DNA of 64,000 bases from the human T2T-CHM13v2.0 reference genome, Homo sapiens. The stretch lies in the NCBI RefSeq assembly GCF_009914755.1, contig NC_060928.1; one strand, given 5' to 3'. The notes below the pieces were generated by a model that ran no database searches, was not told the origin of the DNA, and saw only the letters and a program-made list of their open reading frames with translations. Made by a program: the position numbers and the translations under genes. Shown here piece after piece: positions 26,585 to 41,018 of the stretch (positions within the stretch are counted from its first letter, which is position 1; each line of letters opens with the position of its first letter).

Positions 26585-27671
26585 ACTAACCACATATTTT
26601 AAGAAAGAAGAAATGTCATCAATGACTTAAGCTTTAATCTTAAGAAACTATTAAAAAAAACTATTAAAGTGGCAAATTAAAGCTAAAGTTAGTAGAAGAA
26701 AGAACATAATGGAAATAAGGAAATAATAGCACAAATCAATGAAATTAAAAAAACCCAAAAAAGCAGAAAATTAATAGGGCCCCAAATTGATTAATTGAGA
26801 ATATCAATGAAATTGATAAAACTCTAATAAGACTAATCAGAGATAAAAAAGAGAAGATACTTATGCCAATATCAGGAATGAGAGAGGCAATATCAATACA
26901 GATTATACAGATATTATACAGATAATAATGTTATATAATTTTGTGCTAATATTTAAGATAACAAATAATATGGGCAAATTCCTTGAAAGATACAAATTAT
27001 CAAAATTCCTTCAAAAGAAATAGATAACCGGAATAGTTCTGTATCTATTAAATTTATTAAAGGAATTGAATCTACAGTTAAAAACCTTCCCACAAAGAAA
27101 ACATCATTTCCAGAGGCTTCTCTGGTGAATTCTACCAAGCATTTGAGGAAGAAATCATACCAATATTGTGTAAATTCTTCCAAAATTTGAAGAGGAGGGA
27201 ATGCTTCCAAACCTGTTCTATGAAGCCAGCATTACTTGATACCCAATCAAAAACATTACATAAAAAAGAAAACTACAGACCAATATCTATAATAAACATA
27301 GATGCAAAAATTCTTAACAAAATTTTAGAGTGTCAATAATACAACACTATATAGAAGTGATAACACATCATGACCAGGATTAACCCAGCAATGCAAAGTT
27401 AGTTTAACATTTGAAAATCTATCAATTTAATACATCACGATTAGCTTAATATATGAGAAAAAGCATTTAACAAATTCCAATATCCATTCCTGACTGAAAC
27501 CTTTTAGAAAACTAGGAATACAAGGAAAATTCCTTAATCTGATAAAGAGTTATGTAGAACCTACAATTAAAATTATACTCCATGAAATACTGAATGTTTT
27601 TCTCCTTAAGATCGTTGAAAGTTGTCTGCTCTTACCACTTCTAGTCAATATTGTAGGTTCTGGCCAGTGCA

Positions 27672-27900
27672 CTGGGCACTGACTGTATGTCCAACATTGT
27701 TCTACATGTTTTATGCCTGTTACCTCCTCCAATGCTCAAAACAACCCTATGTGTTAGATTATGCCCTTTTTACAGATGATGAAACTGGATCACAGAAAGG
27801 ATAAGTAGCTTACATAAGATGATGTAGCTGATAAAGAAGAGATCTTTGAACGCTTAATTTTTGATTTTGGAGCTCCCACTCTGTTAACCACTGTGTTACT
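27672..27900 (-). mobile_element. MIR
   Basis: acaaccctatg...ttttacagatgatgaaactgga. Confidence 0.75.
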
Positions 27901-29212
27901 GAGGCCTCTGGGCATCCACAGTTACTATCTTTAGATACTGTTGTGTCACTTTTTCAAAGATCCTGCCTATCAAAGATGGGGAAAGGAAATAATTTCATGG
28001 TTTGCTATCTAACCAATAGAAACAGTCTCCAAATAGCAATAATCAAATAATCTGACAAAAGGATGTCACCAGTTAGTATTTACTCTAGATACAGAAATGC
28101 AAATTGTTACAGAGCTTTTTTCATTGTCATAAACATGAAAATTATAGGGAAGGGAAGGTAGACCATACCAATGACTTGAGTTTGCTACATGTGCTTGTGC
28201 TTCTTTTCCCTTCAAATTAGGTGTCAAGTTTAGTTCATCAATTCTGATTCATTGTCATCCTATCTAACTCTACCCAACCAATTTATGTGTGTCATAATAC
28301 TTTTGTGTATATGTAAATTAGAAAAAATGGTCTCTATCAGTAGAATTTTTGTTAAACTAGGTTTAGGATCAACAAAAGGTGAGAAACAACCCATTGAATG
28401 TCAAGTATCTCCCAGTGAGAATGCATCACTTTTTTATGAATGTCAGATTGGTAATGGCAACACAAAGACTGAAATCTACTTGTTTTCTCTATTGATAGTC
28501 TTTATAACCTGTCTTCTGAAATAGCAATGATTGGAATTATTCTTAGGATTCTGCCACTTTTCAACTTTGTTCCATTTTATATCCGTTCTTTATTTGTTTC
28601 ATCTAATTCTTGCATTCCAGACTGTTTTATTCACAAATGTATTACTTTGCAAAAATCAAGGATTGTTATTCAATGTGGAGATTCATAATGTTCTTCAACC
28701 TTTTGTTTTGTTTGACTTCCTTACTTCACTCAAATATTCTAACCAGCAATATCCTAGGAATTTTTATGCTAGGTATTTAGACATAGAATAGAATTCCAAG
28801 AAGTAAATAAAAATTTTATCTGCATCCCATAATTCCTACCACTAGAACAGTTCCCAGGGTCTGATTTGACACAGGTGGGCCTTAAAGAGTTGGCCTGTTT
28901 CCAAGCCATCTCTTATATTCATAAAAAAACCATTCATGAAACAATTATTTCAGTGTCAATTATGGTCCATATGGGCAGTTATGCTTAACAGACTTCAAGA
29001 ATGTTCCTTTTCTGTATTTCCATCCAAGTGGTTCATAAATACATGGCAGCCTGTTCATGTATTTGAGTGAGAATAACACTGATTTGACTGTATCTTTTAG
29101 GATAAGTGACGAGGTTTTTTTGGTTTTACTTGATGGAAATATTTAATATTTTTAAATGATGAAATATGGTAGAAAACAGTGAATCAAAGATATGAGCAAT
29201 TTAAAATATACC

Positions 29213-29280
29213 TGCATCAAACTATCCCATATACTCCATAAATATATATACCTACCATGTACCCATAAAAGTTAAAACAT
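29213..29280 (+). mobile_element. L1MA extreme 3' end fragment
   Basis: catatactccataaatatatatacctaccatgtacccataaaagttaaaa. Confidence 0.65.
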
Positions 29281-30201
29281 GTAAAATCCTTAGAAAATCT
29301 ACATTTCTAAAGAAAAATAAGAAAAGCAACATATGTACTAGATAGGCATAAATTTGTACCTGTTTTAAAATGGCTTTTTAGATTTTTTGACATTAAAAAA
29401 TAAAACACTAATGACAAGCATTATTATATAGTAAAGTGTTATATTGTAAAGATGTCGTCCTAAGTACTTTTGCTTTCTGGCATTACTTTTTATCTTTTGT
29501 GGGGGCATATATCCAGATGTATTAAACTAAACCCTATTTCAAGCATTGTGAGAGGCATACCACTCTGTCCAGTATTTCTATCGATTCTTGGTTTGGGGTG
29601 GCATAATTTTTAGTCTGTACTAAATTCCTGTTCCTATAGATGTCTCCATCCTAGATTGTTATTTTCTTTAGGTTCTGACCTTTTTCTGCTCTGCTTCTTT
29701 CTTAAGTATAGGACCCAGACCTGGTTTTTCAGTTCCCCAAAGTTATAGTGCAACAAGGTTATCTATGTAACTGTCTTGGGTTTGATGGTTAACATAGGGA
29801 GTTTAACCACAGAAAGAACAAAAACTCAACTTAGAACAGTAGTTTTTAAAAGTCCTCTGGCCATGTTGGCTAGTAGGAATTTCTCACTAGTCATCTCTTC
29901 CCTTGGCTGTCATTTTTCTGAATGTATTATTCTCTCTGTATCAGGTATTTCTCTCATTTCTAGGATTCAACTAACTGGCTGCTATATCTCAGTCACCCCT
30001 TGTCCCACCAATGGAAAAAGTAGACATCTTTTTCTAAACAAAAAAAGTCAGATTTTTCACATTAACTGATTAGTCCAAGGAAATATAAAAATATTCTAGT
30101 AAGTAAGCAAAGGAATAATAAATAAATAAATGAAATATTTCATTAATTTATTTTACACATTAGGATACCGAGCAATCTTGTGGAGGACATCATGCTAACC
30201 G

Positions 30202-30317
30202 TGGAGGTGGTATTCAGTTGATAGCCATGAGGCTGTTCTGCTGCTGACAGCAGTGCCCATCCTGATTGATTGGTGCCCACACCCAGCAGTTATTAAATAC
30301 TTTGAATATCATCTCTG
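30202..30317. mobile_element. small hAT (Tip100-like) MITE, tentative
   Basis: degenerate TIRs tggaggtggtattca / tgaatatcatctctg (11/15); internal ctgattgattggtgccc and ttattaaatactttgaatatc. Confidence 0.45.
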
Positions 30318-31304
30318 GCTATATCTATTTCTTATTTAAAATAAAGGCACACGTTAATGTATGATAAGTTTTAGTTTTTTTGTAGGTACTTCATTTTTTA
30401 TTTACAGTTGACCCACCTCGGGTTGCTTTGCTTGCTGTCAATCAAAGATTGATAGTAATGATATGTCTTAAAGAAACAATAAATATATGTAAGAAAATTG
30501 TCTAATACATCACTTGCTATTTTCTTTTTTCCCAATCTTCCTACCTCAAGATCAAGTTGCAGATTTACATGATTTTCTCAGTGGCACATGGATCAGAATT
30601 TAACATTTAAAAATATTTACATATAAATTTTAGAAAACGTTTAGCTATTTCTGTGTTTTCTATCTTGTGAGATTTTTGATGATAAGTTAAAAGAACCTCA
30701 AAGCTGGTCTGAGTTACTACTGCTATGAAAACTGAAAATCTAAAATTTCAGTGTGGATAACATATTGAAGCATATTTGTTTATATTCTTCTTTTAGCTAA
30801 TTTTCTCTGGTTTAAGTATAAACTTCTAAGAACAGGCATAGCAATATCTCGATCAGATATATCATACTAGGAGTCTAACTCCTAGAATGTTTACTTTAAG
30901 ATTATATATTTGACTCAATGTTTATAACCCCAGAATGTTTGAACCTAATTTCCAGAAATCAGTCTATAAACTTAAGGAGATGAAAATATTGTTGTTTAAG
31001 AAAAAACCATCTCTCCCAGGTATATAGTACTTATAATCTCTTAGAAGCAAGGTCTCTCCCTTTTTTTTAATTTGGAAAATGTGGGAATAGGATGAATGCA
31101 ATTCCATGGCAAATTAATAACCCCGAAAAAGTAACTACAAACACATTTCTGGTTTTCTGCTGCTGGTAAAGATGTCTGCTGCTGGTTCCATTTTGGTGAA
31201 GGTGCTGACATTATCTTTGCAGAAAAGGAGCAGTAGAAAGGCTGCCATCTTCTTTTTTAAAGCTCTGTATTACTCTTTTTTTTTTTTTTGCTCTTCTCAT
31301 TTTA

Positions 31305-32724
<1,420 letters not shown>

Positions 32725-32910
32725 TTATTCTTTTTTGAACATTTTAACATCTCTGGAACCAGGTTGTGTGTTGTGGCAGCCCCGATTTCATCACTGCCTG
32801 TCCATGTGCATCAAAAACTTGCAGAATGAATGTCAGCAGCTTGGAGAGAAATTCCAGAAACAGCACTGCATCAACAACACTCTTACTGCCTAGAGAACAG
32901 TATTGTGTAG

Positions 32911-33133
32911 TAAACGAATTTGAGTTAAAAATACTTGGGAAGACCAGACCCAAAATGTGGGTAAACTTCAGGAAGACCTTAACCAGTTTGTTTTGCTTAT
33001 ATTTTAATTTTTACAAAGGTCTAAACGAATTTGAGTTAAAAATACTTGGGAAGACTAGACCCAAAAAGGTGGGTAAACTTCAGGAAGACCTTAACCAATT
33101 TGTTTTGCTTATATTTTAATTTTTACAAAGGTC
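32911..33133. repeat. tandem duplication, 111 + 112 bp
   Basis: taaacgaatttgag...ttacaaaggtc at 32911-33021 and 33022-33133, about 4 differences. Confidence 0.97.
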
Positions 33134-34016
33134 TAGGGGTGATATAAGATAACCTATAGTTCAATAAGTACTAAAAAGAAAAAGAACCTTTTCAATAAGT
33201 ATGAAGTATGAAGTGTTTTCTGGGTCATAGAAAACATTGTGCTATAACTTCTTTGGCAGTATTTTCCCCCCTATGTTACATAAAATAATAGCATCCTCAC
33301 AATCAGTACAGTATCTTGATTCTGATACACACGCAGATTGTGGGAATACAAAATTCTTAAATTGCTAATTTTAGCAAAATTTTTGTTGTTGTTATGTTTT
33401 TTAAAGGGATGATATGAATCATACCATATCAAAGGAGGCATTAAAGCATTTTTAGGAGAGACTGGAAAATAAATTTTAAAAGGATTTAAAATATCCTTTC
33501 ATTCCATAAATAACATTCTTTTTGAGGACTACTTCCAAATATGTTCTTTAAAAGTGAACTTCAAAGTCTCACTTTGGGCCATAAGTAAACACTTTGTCTG
33601 TTTATTATAGACAATCATTTTGGAGGATTTTGAAGTTTATTTTGGAAGAGGATTTAGCACTCTGCAAGTTTATATTTAAGATTGCAATATTGACTGATAG
33701 TCTTTCCTAAGATGGAATAGACATAAGTGCCTAGCAACACTCAATATTTTCAGAGTGTTTGCTATTGCTGTATTTGATGGTTATTATTTTTAGAAAATCC
33801 CTCTGATCCCTCTTTCTAAAGAGGAAACCAAAATTACCTCTAAATCACTTCACTGTCTATATGTAATCTATAATTTAATATTTCTAAGTGAATATAGTAA
33901 CACCTCATTTTCCCAGCATTGCCCAAAATTTGTTCTATATCAGTATATCCCCTAGATAATTGAAGGATAGAAGTGTAAATTCCAAACCTTAAACTTTTTT
34001 TCTTTACTATTTCTGA

Positions 34017-34347
<331 letters not shown>

Positions 34348-35840
34348 TGCTGTTATTCTTAGATGTAGCATACTGAAAATTGAAACTAAAATTTTGTCTT
34401 ATGTGGCAGTCTCAAGAGAGAAACAGCTTCATTTGTTGATGCATCTTTGGTACATGATGGGTAGTAAGATAAGTGGAAGCAGTCAGTGGAAATGGACTGC
34501 ACTCAAAATAAATGAACTTTTGCCTTCTCTTGAAGACATAGACTCATTTTGAATATCAGTTATAGCAGACACTGGGGGCTTTCTGCCTCCGGATTCCATC
34601 ACCACCTCAGGCACAGGGCTCTCAAATGTGCATCAGTTACTGCACGATTTGACTGGAGTTCAAATGTATTCTGATCAATGCTTGGATTGAGCATTGCCTC
34701 ATTTTGCTTCTCCTCCTCACTTTCTTCTTTATACTCATGGCACAGCTTCTGTTTTAACTGTCCAAATATGAAATCTTGGCAGAATCTGTGATTTTCTCCA
34801 TGTTCAGCCTTCCAGCTAGGTCTGTCGGTTGTACCTCTGCTTACCTGTTTATATCTCTACTTTCTCTGCTCTGTTAAAAAGACTTATCATTGCCATTGCC
34901 TAGAACATTTTCATTTGCCTTATGAATGTTGACTAGGTCTCCAGTCTCTTCAGTTTCTTTCGGTGTGTTCAGCACAGCTGACAGATCACTCTGCTCATGG
35001 CACAGCTGCGATTGCCACTTCCCTGTTCAAATATCTTAGAAATTCCCTGTTTTTTTTTCTTTTAAAATTATCTTTTACCAAATAATAAAACGCAATTACC
35101 AGCAGAGGCCCAACATCAACTTCCGTTGGGTCACAAATGGATGAAAGGATATGGAAGTATTCTGGCATTAAGCACCACAGTCCTTTCCTACAAATCATCT
35201 GATTAGTCAACCTGCTGTAAAATATCCTTGGGAATCAGGATCAAATCACTCTTCCATTTCCAGGATAAATCGTTACTTGGGAAATCTGCTCTATACACTC
35301 TTTAGAAACCACTCGAGATCCATTGACCTTTCATAACTTATCTACACATACTATGAATACTTACCTACATATACTGTACATTTATTTAGCAACTTGAGAC
35401 ATTACTGAATCCTTTCAAAGCCCTTGATTCTTCTGATTATGTATTCATTTCTATATTCATGTGGTTTTCACAATTTTAATTGAAATACTATTATGCATAG
35501 GTGTGCCAGGTGTTATAGACACAGAAACAGATGATTTTGCCCTTACAGGGCTTATAGACTAGCCCTCTTCATTACTTTAGGTTGAAATTCATACATTTTT
35601 ATTGTATATTCTATTTTTAGAATTTGAAGGTCTTTTTGCTTATAAAAGAAAAATAGATTCTATTGTCTGTTAGCAAATTACTCTTTTCCCCAAGTTAGTA
35701 AGATTCTTCCTTTCCTGTCTTTTCTCTTCTTATTGCTTCAAATATGATGGAAAAATACTTCTTATTATCCTAAGTGTCTTTCACAAGTCTCAGCTCATTT
35801 TGAATGTAGCACTTTTAACACTGATTTAAAACATACTCCG

Positions 35841-35892
35841 CTCTCTCTCTGTGTGTGTATATGTATATATACGTATATATATATCTGTGTAT
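35841..35892. repeat. compound (CT)(GT)(AT) microsatellite
   Basis: ctctctctctgtgtgtgtatatgtatatatacgtatatat... Confidence 0.8.
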
Positions 35893-38800
35893 GTTTTTTA
35901 ACTTTATATTGTATTGTGTATTTTTTATTTAATTAAATATGTTCTGAAAACATGACATTTAATGTCTGTTTAATAGTCTATCTTATTTAAGTATATCCTA
36001 TGTGGGGTTGTTTGCTTTCAGTCCAATTGTTTTTTTTTTTTTTTTTTTGCTTGTTCAGCAATTTTAAATACTGCTTCTGTGAACATCTTGGTACATAATT
36101 CTTTGCCTGCATTTCTGATTATTTCCTTATGTAATACTCTAATGTCCAAATACTGTCCAGTTCTTGTGCCCAGGGACTAAATAGGCTGGATGTTTTTCCA
36201 ATTGATGTCCAGTGAAGGTATTTTTCACTCCATGATCTCTAGAACTTTTTGGATGACTGACTAGCTAGAGTGTTGCCCATCTGTGCCTCAGGATCTTCCG
36301 TGTTCCCCTCCAATTTACAGCTTTGCTGCCTAGGAGTCTGTAAGGACAGGGGAAGCAAGGTAAGGACCTACACCTTGCTTGGTAATGATGGTAGAGGGTA
36401 AGCTGGTGTATGCATGCCTGCGTGTGTGCATGTGTGGAAGGTGAAGGGGCTATTGATGCTAAAGGCAACCAGTTTATGATTTCCTTTGAGTGAAGAAAAT
36501 GGTAATATACAGACTTTTTAGACTGATTCTGAGTATTAGCTTAAAAAACCTTGAAACCCCAAGCCCAAAAGCTTGGCCAACTATAGTAAAATATTTTATC
36601 TCATTTTTATCAGTATTTATTTAGTCTTGCTACTTTTTTCTTATTTCTTCCCTCTTTTCTTTATGTAGTATTTGAGATAATGAGTAAATTATGTAAACTA
36701 AATATGCTATTTCAGTTTCAAGCTTACATTATTGCTTTTAGCCTGTAGCTCAAATCAGGATCAATTGAAGATTCTTATTTCAAAGACGGTCCTTAAAGGC
36801 ATATATTCAGTCATTTATATGGGAACTCCTTCCAACTTTAACTGATTAAAAAAATTGAATGCTGTAATAGCCCTTTAAGCTCCTCTATTTGGTTGACTCT
36901 TCCTGTTATGATGACTGATTTTTCATTTGTATGAAATTTCTAGAATTTAATATTTCAGTTTTGTTTTCTTTGGGATAAAGGAGCAGGATGTTATTCTACT
37001 CATATGGTCTCAGTGGATTGTATAGAGGGATTATTGTATAGAACTATGTTTCTGACATCTTGTGGAGGGGGCTTTCTTTGTCCATGTTGACCTCTTTGTC
37101 TCATGAGGCATATTGTTGTAACTGAATTGTTGGGTCTAATTCATACCAGGAAATACATGTCTTATGTGGCCACTGTGTGTTGCTGCAGTGTGTGAGCCGA
37201 GAAAGCTGTTGGGCTGTAAGTTTTCCTTTAGAATGTTTGCAGAACCCTCAGGTACTATTGAAAGTGAAGGATAAGACTGATCTCAGGAAAACAAAGGTTT
37301 TATTACACTTTCTCAAGTAATGAGGCTATCTACAGAAAATAAAAAAACAAAGCAGTAAAAGTCATACATGTGGTGCCATGTGCCAACAAGATAAATGGCT
37401 GACCAAATATAAAAAAGTCCCCAACGGGTTGCTGCTAGCCTAAGGTTATCTCCTCATGCTGCTGTGGATCTTTCAGAGGAAAAATCAAACACCTGCGTCA
37501 CATCAAACAGGTATATGCACCTGAGGTTTGTGCATTTCCCCTATTAACCCGGCCTCTATTTTCAAATAAGTACAGTAGGCTGTAAAGGTTGCAAATTAAA
37601 CACTGGCTTGCAGCAGATGAAGTGTGAGACGCTTGACTAAGCTACCACATTGTCATCATTATCCTCACCTTATTTTGGACCTAAAAATTAAAGGCAACAG
37701 TGGTTAAATATCACTAGAGATATTGCAATGTTATACTCATATAATAGCAATTTTGTGAATAAATTTTTTTTTTTATTTTTCACCTGAATTTATGAATATC
37801 TAAGGTTTGATACTAAAGCAGATTCTCTCAAGTTCTTGAATGTTCTTATTGGGTTAAAAAGTCTGGACAGACCTAAGATAAAATATCACGCCACTATGAC
37901 AGTCTACTACATCTGTGTTCTTGTGAAGCAGCAAACTGGTGAAATTGTCAGGGATGGAGCTAAAGAAGGTCAGTAGAGTGACCACAATTGACAACACTGA
38001 ATCCAAAAGAATACATGTCCAGCTTCATTTTCTTGGTATTTCTACCCTGGGATCAGAGCAACTGTGCTATAGCATTGGCAACATTCAGAGCACTGTCCCT
38101 TTTCGTTGGACTCACAAGAAATGTGTTGGACCTGAGCCTTTTGGACTCAGGAGGGAAACTTGAGTCCATACCTAAGGTGTAAACAACTGTTACACTCCAT
38201 TTCAAGAAATTTTATAGGAATTATTTTATAGTAGCAGGATACTCTGAGAATAATCCCAATATTTATAAAAACTTAATGGCTAAAAAGTAGACTCAAACTT
38301 CCATTTTAAAGGTTTAAAATTTTTTCCTAAAACTTAAAAGTAGGCAGTGAAATTTGGTTGTATCTTTGGAGAACTCTTTCACCACATAAAGTATTATTTT
38401 AAAACTCCCCGTAAGGGGCCTTCATCGCCTGCAAAAAAAACAAAAAACAAAAACAAAAACAAAAAAAACTCCAAAATCATTTTTCTGGCTGAGAAATTAA
38501 ATTTTCTGTTTAATAAAATAAGTTGGGTGTCATTTTAGTAACATTGCTCCTATAAAGTTATTTTTTATTTTTTTATTTCTAAGTCTGAATTGGATTTGCT
38601 TGAAGACTTCCCAAATCAAAATTGAAGGCACTGCAGATTAAAAAGGATTAATTTTTTGGGAACATGTACATTATTTCACTATAAGTGTTTGCACTTATAA
38701 AACTGTAAGACTAGACCAAACTAGGAGGGAAATAAATATGTGAATTTCTCTTTATTTTATACTAGAAATAAGACTGAAAATTGAATGGATTTGATTAGGC

Positions 38801-40000
38801 TTGGCACAGTGAAATCTGGGCTGAACTGCTGGTATTCCACTACTAAGGTTATGATAGATTAGATAAACCAGATTTGGGGAATTTATTTAAGCTGCTTAAA
38901 CACACTTGGCATTTGGTCAACCATCCTATCACTGGGCAGTGAATAAGATGTGAAATGTGAGAAATAGGATGATTTCCTTTCTGGAGTCCTAAAGAGTTAG
39001 TAGGAGCCCAGACTGTAGGCAGAATTAAATGAACAAACAGGATTGCCTTCTGTAGAAGATGAGATGCTCTTGATACATTGAGGCAAATCAGAACTTAGTG
39101 GGTGTTCAGCTACTAGGGAAGCTCCTGTGAGAGGTCCCAAGTGACAACAGAGGAATGTCTGGAACCAGAGGTGAGAAGCTATAGCCAAGACATATTTGTT
39201 GGACAGTGTAATCCTTCCCTGGGAATTCTTAAAAACACAAAGGTTAAGAAATCTTAGTAGATGTGGACTTCCTATAACACACAGAATGGGATCTCACACT
39301 AAGATAATTGGACTTTTGTTAAAAAAAATTAATCAATGATAATTAAAATAAATGTTAACCATAGCAATTTAGAAAAGAAAGAGATTTATGGGACTTACAA
39401 CAACACATATGGACTTAAATCACACATATGGCTTGCAAAGCAAAAAATTACTTAAGAGATGTGGAATAAAATTTCAAAAATTCATCATATCAACTTATTG
39501 CTGAAAATGCAAGAATTTTCTTATCTGTTTTACTGGCATAAATTTGAGAAGAATAATTTTTCATAACCATATAATGAATGTCATGTGTGAGATTATAGAT
39601 TATAAACTAAAAATTATTAGGTTTTCATATTATTTTCTCAAAGCTTTCATATTTTTCTTTTATGTACATAATTGAACAATAAAGTAGTAGCAAAAATAGA
39701 CTGCCTCAGAATTATGTATGTAACATATTTGTAAATAAAAATGTTGTCTCACAGTTAGCTTGCTTTTAAAATGGAAAATTCCATTTAAAACCTATTTCAA
39801 ATACTGCACTTAAAATTTGACACTTTGACTAGGCTTCTGTAAAGCACAACTACAGCTATAAATTAGAAGAAATGATATAACTTTATAATAACAAATACAT
39901 CCATCAAGTTAACTGAACCAGAAATAGTTTCATTTTCTAGGTATTCTTTTTGCTATATAGACCTAACACCACAAAGCAATTTGTTAAAATCTTAAAGGTA

Positions 40001-40259
40001 GCCAGGCATGATGGCTCACACCTGTAATTTCAGCACTACGGGAGGTTGAGGTGGGCGGATCACTTGAGCTCAGGAGTTTGCAGCCAGCCTGGGCAACATG
40101 GTAAAACCCCGTTTCTATAAAAATACAAAAATTAGCCTGGTGTGGTGGCGCATGTTTATAGTCCCAGCTACATGGAAGGCTGAGATGGAAGGCCTTGAGC
40201 TCAGGAGGTCGAGGCTGCAGTGAGCTGTGATAGACAAGACCCTGTCTCAAAAAATAAAA
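40001..40259 (+). mobile_element. AluJ with right-arm deletions
   Basis: cacttgagctcaggag, cctgggcaacatgg, gaggtcgaggctgcagtgagc. Confidence 0.93.
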
Positions 40260-40467
40260 TTCTTTCATATCTGTTTAAATACTGTATCAAAGGAGTCATG
40301 GAAGATATATAGACTGATACAATTAGGGGTAACAACAACAACAAAAGGCTCCACTAAGTAGATCTATCTAGGTTCAAAATCCTGGAGGATGTCTTTAGCC
40401 TGTTTGGTAAAACTCAGCCTGAAGAGCGTGGGTTTGTATACTTTCCAGAAGCAGCAGGATTTCTTAA

Positions 40468-40879
<412 letters not shown>

Positions 40880-41018
40880 TAAATGACCTTAAAGTTTTCC
40901 TTTTATTAGTCTCTGCTCACTCCTGCACATAGATGAAGACTGATTTTTTTGTTCAGTACAAATAAGGTTCTTCGGCATTCAACAAGAAATCTGATGGGCA
41001 ATGTGTGTTCTTGTATGT

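Larger units (their letters stand above)
25718..27670 (+). mobile_element. old L1M ORF2 fragment (endonuclease end to RT), interrupted by an Alu
   Basis: aacaattctaaatg...aataacagagc; tgttctctgaccacaa; gaaaactacagaccaatatc...atagatgcaaaaattcttaacaaaat. Confidence 0.85.

Noticed and set aside
32744-33119. ORFs 32744..32953 (-) and 32766..33119 (+) as host exons
   Set aside because: No recognisable homology, non-ATG starts, and the repeated peptide NEFELKILGKTRPK only reflects the tandem duplication
32911-33133. Direct repeats as a CRISPR-like array
   Set aside because: Two adjacent copies, no spacers, eukaryotic context
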